DNA from: Aliivibrio fischeri ES114
GTDB lineage: Bacteria > Pseudomonadota > Gammaproteobacteria > Enterobacterales > Vibrionaceae
Assembly: GCF_000011805.1 (NCBI RefSeq)
Contig: NC_006840.2
DNA: 32,000 bases
Reading direction: 5' to 3' (one strand)
Shown here: positions 1 through 10,085 of the stretch, piece by piece
How positions within the stretch are numbered: position 1 is the stretch's first letter
Layout of the letters: each line of letters begins with the position of its first letter
Notes under the pieces: generated by a model
What the model was told of the DNA's origin: nothing
Databases searched by the model: none
What the model saw: only the letters and a program-made list of their open reading frames with translations
Program-made: the position numbers and the translations under genes

Positions 1-39
1 TGGTAATGTGTATATTATGCCGATAAATCAAACTGCATC

Positions 40-250
40 ACTTACACCCCCTCCTAGCCTCCCCTTATATCGGCAGTTTCTACCAAGTTACATTGGTGAA
101 AAAGGGGAGGGACAGTATTGTGAGCGCTGCGGCTACCACGATCACTCCTGAACCCTGTAAGGGAGCTTGCGACCGATCTGAACCCTAAGCTCTTCCTCGA
201 GGACGAAGTCCGTACTCGTTTCTCGAAGCGTAGCGCACTCGTCCCTAATC
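40..250. repeat. Mosaic intergenic repeat tract 1
   Basis: Contains hairpin element 1, module CTGAACCCTGTAAGGGAGCTTGCGACCGATCTGAACCC and GAGGACGAAGTCCGTACTCG...CTCGTCCCTAA; matches other tracts. Confidence 0.75.
58..110 (-). repeat. 35-loop hairpin element copy 1 (variant b stem)
   Basis: Stem CCTCCCCTT (58-66) / AAGGGGAGG (102-110), loop exactly 35 nt. The reverse complement closely matches the loop of copy 3. Confidence 0.85.
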
Positions 251-267
251 ATAATAAAAGGATTTAT

Positions 268-1167
268 ATGTTTCGATTGATCACACCAACAACAGAAGCT
301 GAATTAAAAGCTTACTACCATTTTCGTTGGAAAATCTTACGTGAACCTTGGCGTCAGCCGGAAGGTTCTGAACGCGATGCGTATGATGATATGAGTCAGC
401 ATCGAATGATTTTAGATGGTCGTGATCAGCCTGTTGCCGTTGGGCGTTTATATTTAACTCCAGATAATGACGGTCAAATTCGCTATATGGCGGTTGCACC
501 ACATTGTCGAGGAAAAGGCATTGGTGCATTGATTATGGTTGCTCTGGAGTCTTATGCACGCCAAGAGAACGCTAAGCGCCTTGTATGTAATGCTCGTGAA
601 GATGCAATTCCATTCTATGTAGGAAATGGATTTACTAGCCAAGGTGAATTGAGTGATGAGAGAGGACCTGTCCGTCACCAACAAATGCTCAAACATTTAG
701 ATCCATTAGCTGATGTGCTGCGACGTCCTGACTGGTGCGCAGAGCTTCAAAAGCGTTGGGAAAATGAAATTCCAATCAGCGATAAAATGGGGATTAAAAT
801 TACCCAATACACAGGTTATCGTTTTGAAGTCAGTGCCATTTTAAATGCCAACCTTAATCCACATAATAGTATGTTCGCAGGCAGTATTTTCACCATGGGT
901 ACATTAACCGCTTGGGGAATTGTTTGGTTATTGCTAAAAGAACGAGGCTTGGATACCACCAGCATTATGTTGGTTGATAGTCATATTAGATATCGCCAAC
1001 CTATTGTTGATAATCCTAAAGGCATTACGTCGCTGAATTGTTTGGAAGGGGATTTTGATCGTCTACAATCAGGTAAGCGTGCGAGAGTGAAAGTAAAAGT
1101 CGATTTGTGTAATGGTGATAATCCTGCTGCGGAATTTACTGGAACGTTTATGTTGATGAGGGATTGA
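268..1167 (+). CDS. yiiD: Bifunctional GNAT-family N-acetyltransferase / C-terminal thioesterase-like (hotdog) domain protein, YiiD type
   Basis: 299-aa ORF. N-terminal GNAT signature (IRYMAVAPHCRGKGIGALIMVALE) fused to a YiiD-type C-terminal domain (LNANLNPHNSMFAGSIFTMGTLTAWG). Confidence 0.88.
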   Translation: MFRLITPTTEAELKAYYHFRWKILREPWRQPEGSERDAYDDMSQHRMILDGRDQPVAVGRLYLTPDNDGQIRYMAVAPHCRGKGIGALIMVALESYARQENAKRLVCNAREDAIPFYVGNGFTSQGELSDERGPVRHQQMLKHLDPLADVLRRPDWCAELQKRWENEIPISDKMGIKITQYTGYRFEVSAILNANLNPHNSMFAGSIFTMGTLTAWGIVWLLLKERGLDTTSIMLVDSHIRYRQPIVDNPKGITSLNCLEGDFDRLQSGKRARVKVKVDLCNGDNPAAEFTGTFMLMRD

Positions 1168-1172
1168 GATTA

Positions 1173-1495
1173 GGGGCGAGGACGGACTTCGTCCTAAAGG
1201 TTTCAGGAAGAGCAAGAGCAGAGTTCAGATCGCTTCGCTTGCAGATTTCAGAGTTGCTCGCTGAAATTACAGTGACAAAGAATGGTTCTCCCCCTTTATC
1301 ACTATTGCTATGAGATCAATATAGTGAATACAAGGGGGAGTTAGAGGGGGTTGGTTGTGATTACTAGGTTTCAGGAAGAGCAAGACCTGAGTCCGGTTTG
1401 CTCTTCCTGAAACCTTAAGCCTGAAACCTCTTATAGTCTCTATTTTCAGATTTATACGCTGAAATCACAGCGATTACCTCTGAATCCTAAGATCT
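1173..1495. repeat. Mosaic intergenic repeat tract 2
   Basis: 20-nt exact direct repeats AGGTTTCAGGAAGAGCAAGA at 1198-1217 and 1366-1385 flank hairpin element 2; an inverted copy GCTCTTCCTGAAACCTT follows at about 1400. Confidence 0.8.
1288..1340 (+). repeat. 35-loop hairpin element copy 2 (variant a stem)
   Basis: Stem CTCCCCCTT (1288-1296) / AAGGGGGAG (1332-1340), loop 35 nt. The loop contains an internal complementary pair TCACTAT/ATAGTGA. Confidence 0.88.
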
Positions 1496-1500
1496 CACTC

Positions 1501-2190
1501 CTAATCCGCCGCCTGCATTCTTGCCCACCACTCTTCATCAGCAACGATCTGCCCAGTTTCATCAAGCTGTGGTAATTCAAGACCTTTACGTTTGGCTACT
1601 TTCGCAAGAACAGGGTGGCCGCGTTCAAACAACACCTTATTGATGTATTCCTTTGGCAGCATACTCTCTTCACGATCATACATACCCGCTAAATCACGCT
1701 GACGCTGCGCTTCATATAAAATAAGCGCACTTGCAACCGATACATTTAGTGATTGCACCATACCTACCATAGGAATGATGATGTCTTGATCAGCCATTGC
1801 TAATGCTTTTTTGCTGATGCCTGTTTTTTCACTACCAAGAATGATGGCAGTTGGTTTGGTGTAATCAATTTCTCGAAAATCTACAGCTGTATCCGATAGA
1901 TTTGTCGCTAGAATCTGCATGCCTTGTTCTTTAAGCGTAGCAAAAGCATCTTCAATATTTTTATGTGTTTCCACATCAACCCAATTACGAGCACCAGCAG
2001 AAGTATGTCCTAGCATCTGCATCTGCTCTGTAGGCCAAACCGCATGAATTTTATGGATGCCTGTTGCATCAGCAGTACGAACAATCGCAGAAACGTTATT
2101 GGCTTTATGTACTTCTTCTAAACAAAGAGTGAGATCAGTTTGACGAGCTTTTAATACAGAAGTAATTCGTTGGTAGCGTTCTAAATTCAT
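1501..2190 (-). CDS. trmH: tRNA (guanosine(18)-2'-O)-methyltransferase TrmH (SpoU class)
   Basis: 229-aa ORF with SPOUT motifs (NVSAIVRTADATGI, AIILGSEKTGIS, IPMVGMVQSLNVSVASALILYEA), located downstream of spoT on the same strand. Confidence 0.95.
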   Translation of the reverse strand: MNLERYQRITSVLKARQTDLTLCLEEVHKANNVSAIVRTADATGIHKIHAVWPTEQMQMLGHTSAGARNWVDVETHKNIEDAFATLKEQGMQILATNLSDTAVDFREIDYTKPTAIILGSEKTGISKKALAMADQDIIIPMVGMVQSLNVSVASALILYEAQRQRDLAGMYDREESMLPKEYINKVLFERGHPVLAKVAKRKGLELPQLDETGQIVADEEWWARMQAAD

Positions 2191-2214
2191 AATTTTAATT
2201 CTTGAGATAGGTTG

Positions 2215-2441
2215 GAGGGACTAGGTTCTAGGGACGAGAAAGAGGTAGTCAAAATGGAACTAGAAACTATACGCTGCGCTAGCTAGAGACGATAAGAGCA
2301 TTATATGACTAAAGTTGAACGTCATTCTTAAATGGGTAATGCTTTTGATTTTATAGTTTCTAGAGCGAAGCGTTCTAGTTAGCGTAGTGTATAGATCTAA
2401 CTAAAAGGACGAGGTCCGTACTCGAACCTCGTCCCTCGCAT
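2215..2441. repeat. Mosaic intergenic repeat tract 3 (between spoT and trmH)
   Basis: AGAAACTATACGCTGCGCTAGCTAGAGACG, GTTTCTAGAGCGAAGCG..., GGACGAGGTCCGTACTCGAACCTCGTCCCTCG modules. Confidence 0.75.
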
Positions 2442-4565
2442 CTAGTTCTTATGTCTACGTACTTTAAGTGCGTGTGGCATAACACGGATACGACGCATTA
2501 TTTCAGCTAAATGTTTACGATCTTTCACCGTAAGCTCGATGGTTACTGTATATAAGCGTCCATCTTTTTCTTCTGTTGAAATACCACGGATATTTGATCC
2601 TGTACCTGCAATCACATTCGCCAAATCAGCTAATGCACCTTGGTGGTTTTGGATATCAATATCTAATGCCGTATCAAATTCTTGATCGAATTCATCAGCC
2701 CATTCAACGCCCATGTACTTATCAAGTTCTTTTTGATAACCACGAACATTTGCACACTCTTCCATATGAACCACAAGGCCACGGCCAGGACTTACGTGAG
2801 CAATAATGTGATCACCCGGAATAGGGCGACAACAGTTTGCAAATGTCAGTAAGATGCCATCAGCACCACGGATTGGTAGTTTTTTACCAGTGGTGGTTTC
2901 AATGTTTGAGGTTTGTTCCGTTAATTCATCAGCAGAGCCTAATAGGCGACGAGCAATAACAATACTCATCAACTCACCTAAGCCGATAGCGGCCAGTAAG
3001 TCATCCAGTTCTGCTAATTTAAGATCAGATAAAACGTGATCAATATTCTCTTGAGATATATCGTCTAGTGATACGTTATGACCTAAAGCGTGATTCAATA
3101 GGCGACGACCTAATACTACAGAGTCTTCTCTGCGCATGGTTTTTAGCACTTGGCGGATCTTCGTACGTGCTTTTGATGTTACTACGTAGTTCAGCCATGC
3201 TGCATTTGGACGAGCACCAGGAGCACTGATGATTTCAACCGTCTGACCATTTTTAAGTGGTTTACTTAGTGGGTAAGGTTGACGGTTAACACGTGAACCA
3301 ACACAACTGTTACCAACATCAGAGTGAACGGCGTAAGCAAAATCTACAGCCGTTGCGCCAACAGGCAGTTCAAAAATACGGCCTTTTGGAGTGAAAACGT
3401 AAATTTCGTTCGGGAAGAGATCCGATTTTACGTTTTCAATAAATTCAAATGAGCTACCTGCACTTTGTTGAAGTTCAAGTAAGCTTTGCATCCAGCGTTG
3501 TGCTCGGATTTGAGCCGTTGTGCTAGAGTTATCGCCTTCTTTGTACGACCAATGTGCAGCAACACCTTTGTTCGCCATTTGCTCCATATCTTCAGTACGA
3601 ATTTGTACTTCAACAGGAACACCGTGAGGGCCAACCATAGAGGTATGAAGCGATTGGTAGCCATTGGCTTTTGGTACAGCAATATAGTCTTTAATACGAC
3701 CCGGACGAGGTTTGTAAATGCTGTGAACTTGGCCTAATGCTCGATAACAAGTATCGACATTATCGGTAATTACTCGGAACGCATAGATATCCATAATGGT
3801 ATGGAAACGCTGTTCTTTATTTTTCATTTTATTGTAAATAGCGAACAGGTTTTTCTCTCTACCAATCACTCGGCCAGTGATGCCAGCTTCAGCAATACGA
3901 CCTTCAATTTCAGAGTGAATTTTTTGGATCATCTCTTTACGGTTACCACGAGCTGACTTCACCACTTCTTTTAATACGCGATAGCGATTAGGGTAAAGGG
4001 CTTCAAAACCTAACTCTTCAAGTTCAGTTTTAATATTGTGGATACCAAGGCGATGCGCCAAAGGAGAGAAGATTTCTAAAGTTTCACGAGCAATGCGGCG
4101 ACGTTTATCAGGGCGTAAAGCACCCAACGTGCGCATGTTATGAGTTCGGTCAGCAAGTTTGATCAATATAACGCGGATGTCTTGCACCATCGCCATGACC
4201 ATTTTTCGGAAGTTTTCAGCCTGTGCTTCTTTTTTATCGCGGAACTTAAGTTTGTCCAGCTTAGAAACACCATCCACTAATTCGGCAACCGTATCACCAA
4301 ACTGCTCAGCGAGCTCTTCTTTGCTAACTGCAGTGTCTTCAATAACATCATGAAGCAGCGCAGCCATCAGCGTTTTGTGGTCGAGCTTCATTTCTGCAAG
4401 GATTCGAGCCACAGCTACTGGGTGGATGATATAAGGTTCGCCACTTGAGCGAGTTTGCCCTTCATGGGCTTCTTTTGCTACCAGATAAGATCGACGAAGA
4501 GCCTCAATGTGAGGCTCTGGCAGGTAATCTTTGGCAACATCTTTCAGGCTATCGAATAAATCCAA
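2442..4565 (-). CDS. spoT: Bifunctional (p)ppGpp synthetase/hydrolase SpoT
   Basis: 707-aa ORF with HD domain (AALLHDVIEDT), RelA/SpoT synthetase region (RIKDYIAVPKANGYQSLHTS), TGS domain and C-terminal ACT domain; rpoZ lies immediately upstream. Confidence 0.97.
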   Translation of the reverse strand: MDLFDSLKDVAKDYLPEPHIEALRRSYLVAKEAHEGQTRSSGEPYIIHPVAVARILAEMKLDHKTLMAALLHDVIEDTAVSKEELAEQFGDTVAELVDGVSKLDKLKFRDKKEAQAENFRKMVMAMVQDIRVILIKLADRTHNMRTLGALRPDKRRRIARETLEIFSPLAHRLGIHNIKTELEELGFEALYPNRYRVLKEVVKSARGNRKEMIQKIHSEIEGRIAEAGITGRVIGREKNLFAIYNKMKNKEQRFHTIMDIYAFRVITDNVDTCYRALGQVHSIYKPRPGRIKDYIAVPKANGYQSLHTSMVGPHGVPVEVQIRTEDMEQMANKGVAAHWSYKEGDNSSTTAQIRAQRWMQSLLELQQSAGSSFEFIENVKSDLFPNEIYVFTPKGRIFELPVGATAVDFAYAVHSDVGNSCVGSRVNRQPYPLSKPLKNGQTVEIISAPGARPNAAWLNYVVTSKARTKIRQVLKTMRREDSVVLGRRLLNHALGHNVSLDDISQENIDHVLSDLKLAELDDLLAAIGLGELMSIVIARRLLGSADELTEQTSNIETTTGKKLPIRGADGILLTFANCCRPIPGDHIIAHVSPGRGLVVHMEECANVRGYQKELDKYMGVEWADEFDQEFDTALDIDIQNHQGALADLANVIAGTGSNIRGISTEEKDGRLYTVTIELTVKDRKHLAEIMRRIRVMPHALKVRRHKN

Positions 4566-4615
4566 ATTTCGCCCCGTCAGGTTTGCTGTTTACAATCTAC
4601 AAGAGATTATAAAGA

Positions 4616-4888
4616 TTAACGATTGTGTGTGATTGAGCTTACTGCTGCTAATTCAGCTGCGTCTTGCTCTTGTTGCTCTTGGCGCTCACGAGCATCTAGT
4701 AATTCTTTAGTGATCAGGCCTTCTTCAATTTCACGAAGAGCGATAACAGTTGTTTTATCGTTCTCTTCAGGCACTAGCGCATCTTTACCACCAGTTTGCA
4801 TTTGACGTGCGCGACGAGAAGAAATAAGTACTAGATCGAAACGGTTGCCGATTTTCTCAACTGCGTCTTGAACGGTTACACGTGCCAT
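4616..4888 (-). CDS. rpoZ: DNA-directed RNA polymerase subunit omega
   Basis: 90-aa [62 protein letters not shown], classic RpoZ, between gmk and spoT. Confidence 0.97.
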   Translation of the reverse strand: MARVTVQDAVEKIGNRFDLVLISSRRARQMQTGGKDALVPEENDKTTVIALREIEEGLITKELLDARERQEQQEQDAAELAAVSSITHNR

Positions 4889-4996
4889 GAGGACTCCAAT
4901 TTATTAACAAAAATAGTTATATGATGAGAAAGTATACAAGTAACCCGTATAAGTTTCTAGCTAGGGTTACAAGATACTCGTAGAAATATGAAGAAA

Positions 4997-5638
<642 letters not shown>

Positions 5639-5848
5639 TTATGGCATTTCTCTTAATATACCATTTTTTTAGATATTGAGAGGAAATGCGAAGCATAGAA
5701 AATTGGGTGGCGAAGAATAGCACAATCAAGAATCAATTTGAATGAAAGAAATACGCTAATTCAAATAATAATTTTGTGTTAAATCGAGTTGGCACTATCA
5801 TTAAGGCTTAATTAATCCTCAACCTTAATAATAGTGGATATTTTAGTT

Positions 5849-6274
5849 ATGCCTTCTCATCTGCCGAAATCATTTAGTAAACCGTTTTTAAAAGTCTTCC
5901 ATATTTTAGAAGCAATATTATTGGTCGCTATTACGCTAGCTACCTTATTTGCGATGGTGAACGAATTCATTCATGTTTTTGTCGAACAACAAATTCAATT
6001 AACAGACATCCTTTTAATGTTTATCTACCTTGAAGTGTTAGCCATGGTGCAGCAGTTCGTGATGAACGGTAAAATCCCGGTTCGTTATCCTATCTACATC
6101 GCTATGATGGCCATTGCTCGTTACATTACATTAGGAATGAAAGAGATTGATGCAACCTTGGTGGTTTGGTTAGCGTTAGCCGCATTCATTCTTGCCGCTG
6201 CGACGTTATTGATCCGTGTTGGGCACCATTACTGGCCATATGAAATAAACGAAAACAAACATTATGATGAGTAG
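5849..6274 (+). CDS. psiE: PsiE-like phosphate-starvation-inducible family membrane protein
   Basis: About 141-aa multi-pass membrane protein (FHILEAILLVAITLATLFAMVNEF, DILLMFIYLEVLAMVQQF, RYPIYIAMMAIARYITL). The ORF track starts at GTG 5834; ATG 5849 is the more natural start. Confidence 0.85.
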   Translation: MPSHLPKSFSKPFLKVFHILEAILLVAITLATLFAMVNEFIHVFVEQQIQLTDILLMFIYLEVLAMVQQFVMNGKIPVRYPIYIAMMAIARYITLGMKEIDATLVVWLALAAFILAAATLLIRVGHHYWPYEINENKHYDE

Positions 6275-6307
6275 CCTTAACGCTATTTTTTATTGGTAAT
6301 AATAAAG

Positions 6308-6340
6308 CGCCCCTGTAGTGATTAACTACAGGGGCGTTTT
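6308..6340 (+). terminator. Rho-independent terminator downstream of psiE-like gene
   Basis: 12-bp perfect stem CGCCCCTGTAGT...ACTACAGGGGCG followed by TTTT. Confidence 0.85.
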
Positions 6341-6470
6341 AATAACGCATTGATGAAAATAACCGTGCTTTTTTGCTGTAAGGATTGTGTAAAAAAACGT
6401 AATGCTTATTGTGAAGTGAGTCGTATGCCGTTATCTTCATTCTTGTATTTATGTCTAACGAGATATTGTG

Positions 6471-6851
6471 ATGCTAATTAGAAAGATAGCCACAATTTGT
6501 ATTTTAATGGCGACACTATTAGTTTTAACACTATATAGTGCGACATCTCGTGCAGAAAATTTACCAACTCAGTTCTCTGATAATCACGCTGTGGTTGAAA
6601 TTAGTCATGTTGATTTTTGTAATCTAGAACTTGGTGATATTCAATCATCAGCAGAGTCGGGGTGTTGTGATCCCGGAGGCTCTTGTTTTGAAAAGCAATG
6701 TTGTTCTCATGGGCATGCATCAAGCAGCAGTTTGGTGAGTAATTCACTGTTTGTTAATATAACGCCTTATCATTTTGTATCAGCTCCTATGGTATCTACT
6801 ACCTACTTAAGTGCTGATCTCGGTTATCTTTACCGACCTCCAATCAGTTAA
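6471..6851 (+). CDS. Small secreted Cys/His/Ser-rich hypothetical protein
   Basis: ORF 6468..6851 with GTG start and an ATG at 6471. Signal peptide (MLIRKIATICILMATLLVLTLYSATSRA|EN), then a Cys-rich stretch (ESGCCDPGGSCFEKQCCSHGHASSSS) and C-terminal YLYRPPIS. Confidence 0.7.
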   Translation: MLIRKIATICILMATLLVLTLYSATSRAENLPTQFSDNHAVVEISHVDFCNLELGDIQSSAESGCCDPGGSCFEKQCCSHGHASSSSLVSNSLFVNITPYHFVSAPMVSTTYLSADLGYLYRPPIS

Positions 6852-7082
6852 TTCCTATCTCGTGACGATTTTGTCACACCACAATTATATCTATGCGTGA
6901 ATACACGCGTGCTTTTTTTGTCATGCAGGTACATCAATTCGTTGATGGATTTACCTCGCTTTTTGATAGGGATCTGAAAATGTCTTTTAGATTTATTAAT
7001 TACGTATTTTTCTATTTAACTCAATACGTTTGCTTCTCATGTAATCATTCTATTCGCTCTGTATGTAAAGAAGGAGCGCATT

Positions 7083-8015
7083 ATGAATAAGAAATATTTA
7101 CCCGCATTATTGTTTGTTTCAGTGTGTTTAATTTGGGGAACAACTTGGCTGGCAATGGAGTTTGCCGTTCAGACGATTCCTCCAATCTTTGCGACTGGTT
7201 TGCGTTTTTTAATTGCTTCGCCACTATTAATTATGTTGGCTAAGTTGTTTAAGCAGTCTCTCTTTTTTCCGAAAGGAAAGAGACTTTGGATGCTGATAGT
7301 AGCAATGTTTTATTTCGCTATTCCGTTTACCTTGATGATTTTTGGAGAGCAGTATATTTCATCTGGATTAGCTTCGATTATCTTTGCAAATATGCCAATC
7401 GCTGTGATGTTTACATCCAGTCTATTCTTAGGTTTAAAGCTGAGAAAGATTCAAATCGGTGGTTTATTTATTGCAGTCTTAAGCTTAATTTTGATTTTAA
7501 CAAAGGAGATGAGTTTAGGCGGAGAGGATTATCTGCTTGGATTTTTGGCTCTAGGAGGTGCAGTTCTTATGCATGCCATCATGTATGTGTTGGTTGAGAA
7601 GTTCTGTGAGCGAGTTCCTGTACTTACGTATAATGCGCTTCCTAATTTGATCGCTTCTTTATGTTTGCTTGTCACATCTATGTTTATCGAGCAGCCAGAT
7701 GTGAGCACATTCTCTGTAGATTCGATTATGGCTGTTATCTATTTAGGTATATTTGCAAGTGTTGGTGGCATTGTGGCTTACTTTAAACTTGGTCAAGTAT
7801 CTTCACCATTTACGGCATCTATTTGCTTCTTATTTTTCCCTCTTATCGCTTTAAGCCTTTCTGTTTGGTTTGCGGGAAATAGCATATCTACCACCTCTGT
7901 TTTATTGTTGTTGCCTCTACTTTTTGGAATTTTAATCACTAAGCTTGATGCTTCTTTTTGGACTAAGCTTTTTTCACTAGGTATGGGAGAGAGAAGAAAA
8001 CAAAAGGTAAGTTAA
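7083..8015 (+). CDS. EamA/DMT-superfamily drug/metabolite transporter
   Basis: 310-aa, about 10 TM segments, with the EamA start motif LIWGTTWLAMEFAVQTIPPIFATGLRFLIA. Confidence 0.92.
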   Translation: MNKKYLPALLFVSVCLIWGTTWLAMEFAVQTIPPIFATGLRFLIASPLLIMLAKLFKQSLFFPKGKRLWMLIVAMFYFAIPFTLMIFGEQYISSGLASIIFANMPIAVMFTSSLFLGLKLRKIQIGGLFIAVLSLILILTKEMSLGGEDYLLGFLALGGAVLMHAIMYVLVEKFCERVPVLTYNALPNLIASLCLLVTSMFIEQPDVSTFSVDSIMAVIYLGIFASVGGIVAYFKLGQVSSPFTASICFLFFPLIALSLSVWFAGNSISTTSVLLLLPLLFGILITKLDASFWTKLFSLGMGERRKQKVS

Positions 8016-8041
8016 AGAGCGTATCGTTATTGATAGCGATA

Positions 8042-8070
8042 AAAAAGCCCTGATAAGTTCAGGGCTTTTT
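8042..8070. terminator. Bidirectional Rho-independent terminator between EamA gene and yicC
   Basis: AAAAAGCCCTGA-TAAGT-TCAGGGCTTTTT hairpin between convergent genes, A/T tracts on both sides. Confidence 0.9.
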
Positions 8071-8096
8071 ATTAATCTATATTTAGTAGAATCGAA

Positions 8097-8960
8097 TTAT
8101 TCAATATTCTGAATTTGCTCACGCATTTGTTCGATAAGTACTTTCAGCTCAACACCAGATGCAGTGATATCTGTGCTGATTGATTTAGATGCTAGCGTGT
8201 TGGCTTCACGGTTAAACTCTTGCATCATGAAATCCAGTTTACGACCACATGCGCCGCCTTTTTTCATAATACTGTTTGCTTCTTTAACGTGAGAATCTAA
8301 ACGATCGATCTCTTCAGCTACATCCGATTTTTGAGCTAAAAGGATCAACTCTTGTTCAACACGAGAAGAATCCAGTTCAATTTTCGCATCTTCAAATTTA
8401 GTCAGAAGACGGTTACGTTGCCATTCTAGGATCTCTGGCATACGAGCACGAACTTTTGCAGCTTCTTCAGTAATAGCATCTAAGCGTTGTACGATAAGTG
8501 TTTGCATGTTTGCACCTTCACTTGCACGAGCTTCAATGAAGTCATTTACTGCTAGCTCAAAGTGCTCAAGAAGCTCTTTATTAATCGCATCGAAATCCTG
8601 CTCAGGAGCTTCCATTACGCCTTGCCATTGCAGAATTTGGAAAGGGTTAATGCTGCCTTCGCCTGATTCAGTTTTTACCCATTGTGCTGCTTTAATCACT
8701 TGGCGAGCTAAATCTTCATTAATTTTTAATTCGCTGTTTGCTGCATTGTTTGCTTCAAAGCGTAGGTGACATTCTACTTTACCGCGAGCAAGACGCTTAC
8801 GGAAACGCTCACGAAGAACAGGTTCTAAGCCACGGAACTGTTCTGGCATACGGAAATAAGTTTCTAAATAACGTTGGTTTACTGAGCGGATTTCCCACAC
8901 AGCGTTACCCCAATCTGCTTTTACTTCGCGGCGTGCATAAGCCGTCATACTGTAGATCAT
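8097..8960 (-). CDS. yicC: YicC family protein (endoribonuclease family)
   Basis: 287-aa ORF MIYSMTAYARREVKADWGNAVWEIRSVNQRYLETYFRMPEQ...GRKLDFMMQEFNREANTLASKS, diagnostic of YicC; divergent from rph. Confidence 0.95.
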   Translation of the reverse strand: MIYSMTAYARREVKADWGNAVWEIRSVNQRYLETYFRMPEQFRGLEPVLRERFRKRLARGKVECHLRFEANNAANSELKINEDLARQVIKAAQWVKTESGEGSINPFQILQWQGVMEAPEQDFDAINKELLEHFELAVNDFIEARASEGANMQTLIVQRLDAITEEAAKVRARMPEILEWQRNRLLTKFEDAKIELDSSRVEQELILLAQKSDVAEEIDRLDSHVKEANSIMKKGGACGRKLDFMMQEFNREANTLASKSISTDITASGVELKVLIEQMREQIQNIE

Positions 8961-9120
8961 GTAAGCGTCCTCAAATCATCAATAGGAAGGATGATGAATA
9001 AAATATCGCGATACTATAACAGATAAGCGCAATAGTGAGTAACTAGAGAAACAGGTGCTATGCTTTATTCTTGGACTTGGGTATAATCGGCGACAATTTG
9101 TCATAATCAAGGTATCTGCC

Positions 9121-9837
9121 ATGCGCCCTAGCGGAAGAACAGCTCAGCAAGTCCGTCCAATTACACTTACTCGTAACTTTACTGCACACGCAGAAGGTTC
9201 AGTATTAGTTGAATTTGGTAATACGAAAGTAATTTGTACTGCAAGTGTTGAAGAAAATGTTCCTCGCTGGTTAAAAGGCAAAGGGAAAGGTTGGGTAACC
9301 GCTGAGTACGGTATGTTACCTCGCGCAACACACACTCGTAACCGTCGCGAAGCAGCAAGCGGTAAACAAGGTGGTCGTACGATGGAAATCCAACGTTTGA
9401 TCGCTCGTAGTTTGCGTGCAGCCGTTGACCTAGAAGCACTAGGTGAACAAATGATCACTGTTGACTGTGACGTTATTCAAGCCGACGGTGGTACTCGTAC
9501 AGCATCTATTACTGGTGCAAGTGTGGCTTTAGCTGACGCAATTAATCACATGATTGCTACGGGTAAACTAAAATCGAACCCAATGAAAGGTCATGTAGCG
9601 GCGGTTTCTGTTGGTATCTACAATGGCGAAGCAATTTGCGACCTTGAGTATGTAGAAGACTCAGCAGCAGATACAGACATGAACGTTGTCATGATGGAAG
9701 ATGGCAAAATGATTGAAGTGCAGGGCACGGCAGAAGAAGCGCCGTTCTCTCACCAAGAATTGTTAGACATGCTGGCTCTGGCGCAACAGGGCATCAATGA
9801 CATTATTGAGAAGCAGAAAGCGGCGTTGGCCGAATAA
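9121..9837 (+). CDS. rph: Ribonuclease PH
   Basis: Homology begins [41 protein letters not shown] at 9121, so the track start (9055) is too far upstream. Contains [20 protein letters not shown] and [18 protein letters not shown]. Confidence 0.96.
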   Translation: MRPSGRTAQQVRPITLTRNFTAHAEGSVLVEFGNTKVICTASVEENVPRWLKGKGKGWVTAEYGMLPRATHTRNRREAASGKQGGRTMEIQRLIARSLRAAVDLEALGEQMITVDCDVIQADGGTRTASITGASVALADAINHMIATGKLKSNPMKGHVAAVSVGIYNGEAICDLEYVEDSAADTDMNVVMMEDGKMIEVQGTAEEAPFSHQELLDMLALAQQGINDIIEKQKAALAE

Positions 9838-9845
9838 TTGATTTT

Positions 9846-9875
9846 AATAGCTCCTAATTTAGGGGCTATTTTTTT
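9846..9875 (+). terminator. Terminator/attenuator-like hairpin between rph and pyrE
   Basis: AATAGCTCC TAATTTA GGGGCTATT followed by TTTTT (one wobble pair), just after the rph stop; position matches the known E. coli rph-pyrE attenuator. Confidence 0.75.
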
Positions 9876-9879
9876 ATGT

Positions 9880-10050
9880 ATAAAAAGAGCAAAGCAGACG
9901 GCTTTGCCTTGAGAGCGCTGCGCTTAAGACGCAGCAAGCTGCTAAAGAATGAAGAAGAGTAAGATTGAGTACAATTGTGTTCTTTTGATTTTCTTTAGCG
10001 AAGCGTCTCAAGGACGGAGTCCGTCTTAAGCGAAGCGCTCTTAAGTAACT
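9880..10050. repeat. Mosaic intergenic repeat tract 4 (between rph and pyrE)
   Basis: TTTGATTTTCTTTAGCGAAGCG, GGACGGAGTCCGTC and AAGCGAAGCGCTC modules related to other tracts. Confidence 0.55.
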
Positions 10051-10085
10051 TGTTACGTCTATTTTTTAAAAAAGAGAGAATGAAA

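Noticed and set aside
5801-5827. ATTAAGG...CCTTAAT inverted repeat upstream of psiE-like gene
   Set aside because: Short, AT-rich and without T tract or recognisable operator consensus; not enough to call a regulatory site.
6893-7090. 65-aa ORF just upstream of the EamA transporter
   Set aside because: Starts at a non-ATG codon, overlaps the transporter start, and has no recognisable features.
9144-9458. 104-aa and 86-aa antisense ORFs inside rph
   Set aside because: Overlap a highly conserved rph coding region; no independent support.
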